This document shows, one piece after another, positions 40,367 to 48,190 of a DNA stretch of 60,511 nt (the first letter of the stretch is position 1; every line of letters starts with the position of its first letter). This DNA is from Candidatus Sumerlaeia bacterium. GTDB lineage: Bacteria; Sumerlaeota; Sumerlaeia; SLMS01; JANRJK01. The notes under the pieces were generated by a model. The model searched no databases. It saw only the letters and a list, made by a program, of their open reading frames with translations, and was not told where the DNA came from. The translations under genes and the position numbers were made by a program. The DNA lies in assembly GCA_033764015.1 (NCBI GenBank), contig JANRJK010000018.1, forward strand, positions 1 through 60,511, written 5' to 3'.

Positions 40367-42060
40367 TGCACCGTGACGCCGGTCTCCGGCGGCGTCGGCT
40401 CGGCGATCGAGAATTGCAGCGTCGGCCCGATCCGGGTGCAGTAGATGCCGCCGGGCGGCACGCCCTGGTAGTCTTCGAGGAAGCCGCTGTGCATCCACAG
40501 CACGCTGCGCTTCGCGGACCCGACCGACTCGCCGTTCGTGTACGGCGCGAGGTTGATCCGGGTGTTCGCGCTGCCGGCGTCTTCGATCTCGTTGTCGTTG
40601 CGGGCGAGGAACCAATAGTCCGCCACCGCGTAGGCGTCGTCGACGGCGCTCAGGTCGCGCGAGCCGGGCGTGATGGTGGCGCTGATGGTCTGGTCGGCGC
40701 TGACCATCCGCACCACGCCCTTCTCCCCCGCCGCGCGGATTCGGCTCTGCTCGGTGGCGATCGGCAGCTCCTTCCCGTCCCCCGGCAGGTACGCCAAGGT
40801 CGAAAGCCCGTCCGTGGTCGAGTTCGGGGTGCCGTCCGGGGCGAACTCGTAGCGCCAGTAGCCATGGTGGCGCCGGATGACGCACACGCAGGAATTGACC
40901 GTGGTGCTGAAGCCGAGCACCGCGTTCACCCGGCCGTTGAGGCCGAGCCGCCACTCGAGGATGTAGCGGTACCAGCCCGCGGAGCACTCGCTCCGGATCA
41001 GCAACTCGTCCCCGAGGTCCTCGAAGACGACGCCTTGGAAGGTCCCCGTGTCGTTGTTGTCCTCGCAGATGGTTTGCGACGGCGAGGAGGCCAGCCGGAA
41101 ACCGGTCGTGGCCGATCCCGGGAACAGGTCCGTGCCCGGCGCGCGGAAGTGGTTTTCCTGGTAGAGCCAGTCGCGGTACGGGCCGCAGGCGTCGCCGTTG
41201 TATTCGACGTTCAGCACCGGCATGTGCGCCGCCGCCAGCACGTAGCGGCCCTGGTAGCGCACGTGCGTCAGCTCGAGGCCGCGCCCGTCCGGCGTGCCGC
41301 TGCGGGTCTGCGACGGGCGCCGGACGTTGAAGTTCCAAACGGGATTCTCGGCGGGCCAGCTCACCGTCACCACGGCGCCCGTGAAGGTGCCGGAGCCGGA
41401 GGCCGGGTTCGGTCCGCAGCTCCCCCGCGTGGCGATCGCCGTCGGCGGCGCGTTCTCGGGGTAGCGCACCACCTCGCCGGTCACCACATCCACGCCCGCG
41501 ATCTCGTTGTAGGTGGTCACGCCCGTGATCGAGTTTTCGCCCCCTGTGATGCACACATTGACGAGGCGGCGCCCCTCCTTTGTCACGGTGATCGGGGGCA
41601 TCGCCTCGTGGTAGAACACCTCGCCGGATTCGAGCATCGGCCCGAAGTAGGGATCGTTGAAGATCGCCGCGCGCCCCAGCTCGATCTCGCCCTCGCCGGG
41701 CATGATGTAGCCCTCGCGGGAACGCCGCGACAGCTCCGCGCCCTCCGCGTCGAGGCGCAACTCGTCCACCTCGCCGCTCGCCGGATCGTGGATGATCGCG
41801 TTGAACTGCGACGGATCGTCGTAGGTCGGCGACAGGTGCAGGATGCGTTGGCGCGACGCGGGGTCGGTTCGCTCCGCCGCGTGGGCCGCTTCGAGCTTCG
41901 CGCGCAGTGGCGCGAGCGCGGGATTCGGCGCGTCCTCGACGAGCGAGACCGCCAAGCGCCCGACGGTGCGGACCTCGGGCGATTCGGCGGGGACACCAGC
42001 CGCAAGGGCGGAGGCGAAGCATGCGGCTGCGAGGAAGCCGCGGAGGCGGAGGGAGGTCAT
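40363..42060 (-). CDS. secreted protein with copper amine oxidase-like catalytic-domain motifs
   Basis: Signal peptide; GLELTHVRYQG..VL...HMP.LNVEY, SAGWYRY...W.L..NG, RHHGYWR.EF.PDG.PN. Confidence 0.6.
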   Translation of the reverse strand: MTSLRLRGFLAAACFASALAAGVPAESPEVRTVGRLAVSLVEDAPNPALAPLRAKLEAAHAAERTDPASRQRILHLSPTYDDPSQFNAIIHDPASGEVDELRLDAEGAELSRRSREGYIMPGEGEIELGRAAIFNDPYFGPMLESGEVFYHEAMPPITVTKEGRRLVNVCITGGENSITGVTTYNEIAGVDVVTGEVVRYPENAPPTAIATRGSCGPNPASGSGTFTGAVVTVSWPAENPVWNFNVRRPSQTRSGTPDGRGLELTHVRYQGRYVLAAAHMPVLNVEYNGDACGPYRDWLYQENHFRAPGTDLFPGSATTGFRLASSPSQTICEDNNDTGTFQGVVFEDLGDELLIRSECSAGWYRYILEWRLGLNGRVNAVLGFSTTVNSCVCVIRRHHGYWRYEFAPDGTPNSTTDGLSTLAYLPGDGKELPIATEQSRIRAAGEKGVVRMVSADQTISATITPGSRDLSAVDDAYAVADYWFLARNDNEIEDAGSANTRINLAPYTNGESVGSAKRSVLWMHSGFLEDYQGVPPGGIYCTRIGPTLQFSIAEPTPPETGVTVQ

Positions 42061-42157
42061 GCGGGAATTGCTCGATTCTCGGATGTCTGGGACGCGCACG
42101 CTACGCGTGGGCGGAGCTAAGCACCCGCCCGCCCGCGATGCAACGCCGTTCCCTGCC

Positions 42158-42865
42158 TCACCCGTCGTCCCCCTCCGGAAGGCCGAGGAACGCCACCCGC
42201 AACGCGGACCAGCGGCGGAGCGCCTGAAAGCACATCGGCACAACGAGAGCCAGCAGGCAGGCGGGGAAAACCCAGTACAACTCGCGTATCAAGCTTTCAA
42301 AAACCAAGTCGGCGGCGAAGTATAGGACCGCCAACAGCGCGGTGTGCCCTCCGACGCACGCCGCGGCGAGGCCGGCAAGCGGCGTCTCCGGGCGGCGCGC
42401 CATGCGGGCGCCCGCAAAGAAGCAAAGCGCCGCGCCAAGGACGGTTCCGATCGCAGATAGAAGCAGCGCGGAGAGCAGGTGTGGGTCGGACCCACCGCCG
42501 CCCTCTCGGAGCCAAGCCAGAAGCCCGCCCACGGCGCAGTAAAGCCAAAGCGCGGAAAACGGCAGCACCGCCCGACGAAGATGCCACTGGACGCGGCTTT
42601 GCCAATCCAAGACCAGGCCCTCCGGCGTGAGCCACAACTCGCGTCGCCGCTCGACATCGCGCGCCGCTCGCACTAATGGCACCGAGCAGCGGAGGATGAC
42701 CCAGTAGGGCAGCAGCGGCGGCAGGAGAAAGATAAAGATGATGCGGAGAATTCCGGCGAACCACCCGGTCGAAGAGAGATCCTTCCACACCTCCCAACCC
42801 ATCCACGCGCAGAGCAGCCAGGCACCGCCGTCGGCGAGGTGGGCGATGAAGCGGGGGCGGACCAT
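42158..42865 (-). CDS. hypothetical multi-pass membrane protein
   Basis: Several hydrophobic segments; divergent from blaI. Confidence 0.55.
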   Translation of the reverse strand: MVRPRFIAHLADGGAWLLCAWMGWEVWKDLSSTGWFAGILRIIFIFLLPPLLPYWVILRCSVPLVRAARDVERRRELWLTPEGLVLDWQSRVQWHLRRAVLPFSALWLYCAVGGLLAWLREGGGGSDPHLLSALLLSAIGTVLGAALCFFAGARMARRPETPLAGLAAACVGGHTALLAVLYFAADLVFESLIRELYWVFPACLLALVVPMCFQALRRWSALRVAFLGLPEGDDG

Positions 42866-42909
42866 GGCGGTATCTCATCGGGAGCGCTGGCGGATGGCAA
42901 CCGCGGAGG

Positions 42910-42971
42910 GTGCTAAAAAAACAACACACGGCCCTTGACGGGGCGCCAGAGCTGTGTTGCTTTTTTAGCAC
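42910..42971. promoter_or_regulatory. paired 18-bp operators (inverted) flanking a TTGACG -35; probable BlaI sites
   Basis: GTGCTAAAAAAACAACAC (42910-27) and GTGTTGCTTTTTTAGCAC (42954-71) are 17/18 reverse-complementary. Confidence 0.75.
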
Positions 42972-43025
42972 CTTGGCCGGGGAAACGGGACGTCCCAAGC
43001 CCACACCATCCGCAGGCAACCGATC

Positions 43026-43415
43026 ATGAGCGATACAAACCTGACCGAACTGAGTAGACGGGAGCGCCAGATCATGGACATCGTCTTCGCCCGCGGCCGC
43101 GCCACCGCCGCCGAGGTGCAGGAAGGGCTGTCCGACCCTCCCAGCTACTCCGCCGTCCGCGCGCTCCTCCGCGTGCTGAACGAAAAGGGCCACCTAAACA
43201 TCGAGCGCGACGGCGCCCGCTACGTCTACGTCCCCACGGCGAACCGCGAAGCGACCCGCAAGTCCGCCCTCGGCAACGTCCTCCAGACGTTCTTCAACGG
43301 CTCCCTCGAGGACGCCGTCGCGACCTTGCTCACTCTCAAACAAAACAAGCTGACCCCCGAAGAACTCGACCGCCTTTCTGAACTGGTCGACGAAGCCCGC
43401 AAGGAGGGCCGCTGA
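43026..43415 (+). CDS. BlaI/MecI/CopY family repressor
   Basis: LSRRERQIMDIV, SYSAVRALL..L.EKG, TFFNGS. Confidence 0.93.
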   Translation: MSDTNLTELSRRERQIMDIVFARGRATAAEVQEGLSDPPSYSAVRALLRVLNEKGHLNIERDGARYVYVPTANREATRKSALGNVLQTFFNGSLEDAVATLLTLKQNKLTPEELDRLSELVDEARKEGR

Positions 43416-46018
43416 TGGCATTCCTCGAACCGCAACTTGATCCGGTCGGCGCCGCCCGCGCCGTCATCGACTTCCTCGTCGATGGGTCGCTCAAGGCGAC
43501 CCTGCTGGTGGGCGCCGGAATGGTGGGCGCGCGGCTGCTGCGCAACGCCCCCGCCTCAACCCGCCACGTCGCCTGGACGTGCGCGCTCGCGGCGTGCCTC
43601 GCGGCGCCCTTCGCCGCCGAGGTGCTCCCCTCCCAGACGATCGGCCTCCGCCCGCCCCAGCCGGTTGAGACGCGCGTCCAGCCTCGCGCCACTGCTCACG
43701 CGCCCGTGGCGCCCGCCGTCGCCGGCGTGGCGGGCCTCGCCGCCCGGAGCATTTCCGGCGACCAGGTCCCGCTGAGGGATTGGGCATCCGCCGGCGCTGC
43801 GACGATCTCTCCGGCCCCCGGCGCCGCGGCGTCCGCGCCGGCCGGCGGAGCATCCACGCCCTTCCGCCTCGACCCTCCGCTGGTGGCGCTCGCCGCCGCC
43901 GTTTGGGCCCTCGGCGCTGGGCTGCTCCTCGGACGGCTCGGCCTCAACCTGTTCCGCCTCGACGCGGGGATGCGGCGCGCCGCGCGGATCACCGCGGGGC
44001 GCCCCGCGTACCTGCTCGACGCGGTGCGGCGGGAAACGGGCATCTCCCGCCCGGTCGCGCTGCTCCGCTCCGACGAGGCCGTCATGCCCTTCACGTGGGG
44101 CATCGGATACCCCGTCGTCGTGGTGCCCGCCGCCTGCGACGGCTGGAGCGAGGCACGCTGGGAGGCGGTGCTGCGGCACGAACTGGCCCACATCGCCCGC
44201 GGCGACTTTGCGTGGAACCTGCTCGGGCGGCTGGCCACGGCGCTCTTCTGGTTCCTCCCCCCCGTCTGGTTCGCCACCGCGCAGCAGCGCATGGAGGCCG
44301 AGAAGGCCTGCGACGACCAGGTGCTCAACGCCGGCCGGCGCGCGTCGGAGTACGCGGACGTGCTGATCGCCTTCGCGCGCGGCGTCTCGATGGCGGGCGG
44401 CTCGCCCGCCCTTGGAATGGCCTCCCGGAGCGAGGTCGAGGAGCGCGTCCGCGCGGTCCTCGACGGACGCCGCCCGCGCCGCGGCGTCGCCCGGCGCGCG
44501 GTCCTGCTCGCGGCGGGGGGCGCGGCCTTCGTGGTCGCCGGTCTCTCGCTTCTCCAGGTCGCAGTCTACGCCGATGGCGAGCCGCGCAACGAAGCCGGCG
44601 CCGACGGCGGCGTCATCCGCTTCCCCGGCGAGTCGCGGCCCGACGTCCACGACCACCGCTCCATGGCGGGCGAGGCGTGGTTCCAAGCGGGCTTCGCCGG
44701 CCTCGAAGCGGAGGACTTCGCAACCTCCGCCCTCGGCTTCGCAAAGGCCTTCGAGCTCGGCCACCGGCGCGACGTGTCCGCCTACAACGCCGCCTGCGCC
44801 AACGCCCGCGCAGGTGAAGCGGACGCCGCTTTCGAGTGGCTCGATATCGCGCTCGAGGCGGGCTTCGCCCAGGACGACCTCTTCGAGCAGGACACGGACC
44901 TCGATAACATCCGCGCCGACGCCCGCTTCCAGGAGCGGCTGGACCGGGCGCGCAAGAACGCCGAAAAGCAGACGCCCTTCGCGATGGCCAACGCATACCT
45001 CGCCGCCGCCTCGGGTAACCAGCGTCCGGCCAAGGTGGTCGTCAACGGCTCGACCATCACCATCGAGGAGCCCACGGACGAGGAGTTCGCCAAGGCGCAG
45101 GACCCGTCCCACTGGGCCGGCTTCGCCGAGACGCTCGGGCCGCGCCTCGACGCCATCGACGAGGATGGGTACCTCGCGTTCCACACGGGCTTCTCCCTCC
45201 TCACGAACGGCGAGCCGGCCGCAGCGATCCCGTACTTCGAGAAGGCCGTCGCCAAGGACTACCGCGCGGGCGTCGCCACCTACAACATCGCCTGCGCCCA
45301 CGCCCTCTCCGGCGACAAGGACGCCGCGTTCGCAGCCCTCGCCAAGGCGGAGGAACTCGGCTTCGCGGATCCTCGGCACCTGAAGGCGGACAAGGACCTC
45401 GACAGCCTCCGCGACGACCCGCGGTTCGCCGAACTGGTCGCCCGCGCCGAGCAGCGCGCCAACCGCTGGAACCGCGCCGCCAACGGCCTGTTCCAGTACT
45501 GGGCCGGCGGCGATGACGAAAAGGCGGCGGAGGAGGCCGTCCGAGAGGCCGTGGAAGCGCAGCGCGAAGCGCTCGCCGAAGTCCGCGAAATCCATGGCGA
45601 CGCACTTCGCGAAGCCATGGAAGCCCAGCGGGAAGCGCTGGCCGGGGTGCGCGAAGCGCTCGCCTCCCGCCGAGAGGCCGGCAATGGCGCCACCGCCTGG
45701 GTCTTCGACGGAGACTCGTTCCTTGGCGGCGACCGCTTCGGCGACGCCCTCGAGAACCACTACGACGGCGCCTACGACAAGTCGATCCCGGCGTTCAAGA
45801 AGCTCTTTGACGAGGGCCGCCGACCCGCCCTCAGCGCCTACAACGCCGCCTGCGGCCACGCACTCAACGGAGACCGGGAGGCCGCCATCGAGTGGCTCGG
45901 CAAGGCGGTCGAAGCCGGCTTCGACAACCCCCGCCTCCTCGCCTCCGACAGCGATCTCGAGTCCCTCCGCGAGGACCCGCGGTTCAAGGAACTCCTCGCG
46001 AAGCTCCAGGCCAAGTAA
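43415..46018 (+). CDS. M56 (BlaR1-type) metallopeptidase with C-terminal TPR-like repeats
   Basis: RHVAW, MPFTWG, VLRHELAH, EKACDD; three YN.AC..A..G...GF...D.DL..[LI]R.D.RF units; TGATG coupling to blaI. Confidence 0.9.
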   Translation: MAFLEPQLDPVGAARAVIDFLVDGSLKATLLVGAGMVGARLLRNAPASTRHVAWTCALAACLAAPFAAEVLPSQTIGLRPPQPVETRVQPRATAHAPVAPAVAGVAGLAARSISGDQVPLRDWASAGAATISPAPGAAASAPAGGASTPFRLDPPLVALAAAVWALGAGLLLGRLGLNLFRLDAGMRRAARITAGRPAYLLDAVRRETGISRPVALLRSDEAVMPFTWGIGYPVVVVPAACDGWSEARWEAVLRHELAHIARGDFAWNLLGRLATALFWFLPPVWFATAQQRMEAEKACDDQVLNAGRRASEYADVLIAFARGVSMAGGSPALGMASRSEVEERVRAVLDGRRPRRGVARRAVLLAAGGAAFVVAGLSLLQVAVYADGEPRNEAGADGGVIRFPGESRPDVHDHRSMAGEAWFQAGFAGLEAEDFATSALGFAKAFELGHRRDVSAYNAACANARAGEADAAFEWLDIALEAGFAQDDLFEQDTDLDNIRADARFQERLDRARKNAEKQTPFAMANAYLAAASGNQRPAKVVVNGSTITIEEPTDEEFAKAQDPSHWAGFAETLGPRLDAIDEDGYLAFHTGFSLLTNGEPAAAIPYFEKAVAKDYRAGVATYNIACAHALSGDKDAAFAALAKAEELGFADPRHLKADKDLDSLRDDPRFAELVARAEQRANRWNRAANGLFQYWAGGDDEKAAEEAVREAVEAQREALAEVREIHGDALREAMEAQREALAGVREALASRREAGNGATAWVFDGDSFLGGDRFGDALENHYDGAYDKSIPAFKKLFDEGRRPALSAYNAACGHALNGDREAAIEWLGKAVEAGFDNPRLLASDSDLESLREDPRFKELLAKLQAK

Positions 46019-46050
46019 CCCCTACCAAGACTTCATCGCATCCCTTCGGG

Positions 46051-46084
46051 CACGCCCCGCCGCGGGAAACCGCGGCGGGGCGTG
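46051..46084 (+). terminator. perfect 15-bp GC hairpin with GAAA loop after M56 gene
   Basis: CACGCCCCGCCGCGG-GAAA-CCGCGGCGGGGCGTG; no U-tract. Confidence 0.55.
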
Positions 46085-46222
46085 ATGCGTTGGGGGGGCC
46101 GCGCGCGGGAGGCACCGGTTCGCTGCTTGCCCCGCAACGCCGTGTGGAACCCGCATTCGGCGGGCGGGATCGCTTCGGCGCGAGGCGCCGTCCCCGAACC
46201 CCGCGACGAGCTTGGCCCGGAG

Positions 46223-48076
46223 ATGCTGATGGAGTTGGCGCTCGCGATCCGCAGGTGGTGGGGGAACCTGCCCGCGCCCGCGCGCGCGGCCGTCGCCGGG
46301 CTGCTCTGCACGCTGCCGTTCCTCCATACAGTCGGCTTCGGCTTCATCGAGAACTGGGACGACGACCGGTACATCCTGCTGAATCCGTGGCTGGGCGATC
46401 TCTCGCCCTCGAAGGTGATCGGCGTCTTCGCGCAGCCCTACTTCTTCAACTACCATCCCCTAACCATGCTCTCCTACCAGATCGAGCACGCGCTTTGGGG
46501 ACCGTGGGCGCCGGGCTACCGCATGGTGAACCTGCTGCTGCACGCGGCTTGCGGCGGACTGTTGTTCGCTTGGCTCACCCGGGCCGGCGCGTCGCAGGCC
46601 GCGGCCCTGCTCGCGGTGGCCCTCTTCGGCTTCCACCCGCTGCGCGTCGAAGCGGTGGTTTGGATCAGCGAGCGCAAGGAACTGCTCTGCGCCCTGTTCT
46701 ACCTTGCGGCGGTCCACGTTTGGACCGCCGACGATCCGCGACCCGGACCGCGGCGGATGGCGCTCGCCGCCGCGTTGACCGCCGCGAGCCTGATGTCGAA
46801 GGCAATGGCGGTCAGCCTGCCCGCAACGCTCCTCCTGTACGATCTGCTCCTCCGGCGCGACGCGCTCCGCAGGACCGTGTGGTTCCATGCCGGGACCATC
46901 GCGCTGGCGGTAGTCTTCTCGATTCTCAACATGCGCGCGCAGACCGGGGCGCTGAATCCCGGATTGGAACTCGAATCGCGCATCCTCGTGGCCGCGTTCG
47001 CCCCGGCGCACTACCTGGCGACAACCTTCGAGCCGATCTGGCTCTCCCCGCTCCATCCGATCGAGAGCGCCCCGGGACGCGGCCGCGTGGGCATGATCGC
47101 GTCCGCTGTGGTGCTCGCCGCGGCGCTCGGGGTGTTCTTGGCGAACTGGAAGCGGTGCCCTCTGGTGGCGTGGGGAGTGGCCGCGTCGCTCGTTTCGCTG
47201 GGCCCTGTTTCCGGAATCGTCGGATTCGGCGCGGCATGGGCGGCGGACCGGTACAGCTACATCCCCTCGCTGCTCCTCCTGATGGGCCTGGTGCCAGCCG
47301 CTTGCCGGGCGCTCGATTCCGCCAATGGCAAGCTGCGCAAGGGGGCCGCTTGGTTCTGCCTGTCCATCACCTGCCTTCTCACGTGGGGCACGGTTTCCTA
47401 TGCGGCCAAGTGGCGTGACCCGGTCACGCTCTGGACCCATGCGCGCGAGCAGTTCCCGGAGGCGCCATTGATCCGGCGGAACCTCGCGGACGCGCTCTCG
47501 CGCAAGGCGATGGCCTCGCAGGACCCGGCCGAGCGCACGCGCCTGCTGGCGGAGGCGGCCAGGATTTTCCCGGCGGACCACCGCCTCCTGATGGCGCAGG
47601 CGGAAGAACTGGAAGGCAGCGGAGACGCGGATGCCTTGGCAAGGCTGCTGGACAGTGCGCGGCGCCAACCCTCGATCAGCGACGCCACGGCGCTGTGGGC
47701 TGCCGCGAAGCTAGGGCTGCTGCGGCTCCGCGAGGGCGACCGGGAGGAGGCGGAGCGCGAGTTCGACACCGCCTTCGCCCGCCCGCCGCAAGCATGGCCC
47801 ACCGTGCAGGACCTGCTCTTCGCCGGGAGGTACGCGGAGGAGGCGGGACGTGTCGACACCGCACGCGCCTACTACGAGGAGGCCCTGCGCCGCGAACCGA
47901 CGAACGGCGATGCGCTTGAGGGGCTCGCGTTCGTCCTCCACCGGCAGGGCGACCTCGCGGGGGCGCTCGATACTCTCCGCGCGGCGGTTGCAGCCACCCC
48001 GGGCGACGCCGACCGCGCCCGCAACCTCGCCGTGATGGAAGCCGAGGCGGCCGCCGACGTCGGCAAGCAGAGGTAG
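46223..48076 (+). CDS. TMTC-like GT-C glycosyltransferase with C-terminal TPRs (start uncertain)
   Basis: NWDD..YI..NP, YHPLT.LS, NLLLH, HPLRVEAVVWISERKELL, SK.MAV.LP, ADRY.Y.P, WRD..TLW. Confidence 0.85.
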   Translation: MLMELALAIRRWWGNLPAPARAAVAGLLCTLPFLHTVGFGFIENWDDDRYILLNPWLGDLSPSKVIGVFAQPYFFNYHPLTMLSYQIEHALWGPWAPGYRMVNLLLHAACGGLLFAWLTRAGASQAAALLAVALFGFHPLRVEAVVWISERKELLCALFYLAAVHVWTADDPRPGPRRMALAAALTAASLMSKAMAVSLPATLLLYDLLLRRDALRRTVWFHAGTIALAVVFSILNMRAQTGALNPGLELESRILVAAFAPAHYLATTFEPIWLSPLHPIESAPGRGRVGMIASAVVLAAALGVFLANWKRCPLVAWGVAASLVSLGPVSGIVGFGAAWAADRYSYIPSLLLLMGLVPAACRALDSANGKLRKGAAWFCLSITCLLTWGTVSYAAKWRDPVTLWTHAREQFPEAPLIRRNLADALSRKAMASQDPAERTRLLAEAARIFPADHRLLMAQAEELEGSGDADALARLLDSARRQPSISDATALWAAAKLGLLRLREGDREEAEREFDTAFARPPQAWPTVQDLLFAGRYAEEAGRVDTARAYYEEALRREPTNGDALEGLAFVLHRQGDLAGALDTLRAAVAATPGDADRARNLAVMEAEAAADVGKQR

Positions 48077-48130
48077 CGGTACTGCCGGCGGCGCGGAAGC
48101 CAACGTGACCCTTTTGGACACAGTTCGGCG

Positions 48131-48147
48131 CCGGCACCAACTTCGCG
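48131..48147 (+). promoter_or_regulatory. putative sigma-54 promoter of clpB
   Basis: CCGGCACCAACTTCGCG = GG-N10-GC; almost identical to the element at 55672. Confidence 0.5.
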
Positions 48148-48190
48148 AAGAGGTTGGCGCCAGCGCCCAGTGCGCCGAAAGGAGACACCG

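Noticed and set aside
42910..42971. CIRCE (HrcA) element suggested by TTAGCAC/GTGCTAA
   Set aside because: Half-sites are in the reverse order and ~45 bp apart rather than TTAGCACTC-N9-GAGTGCTAA; position before blaI fits BlaI operators.
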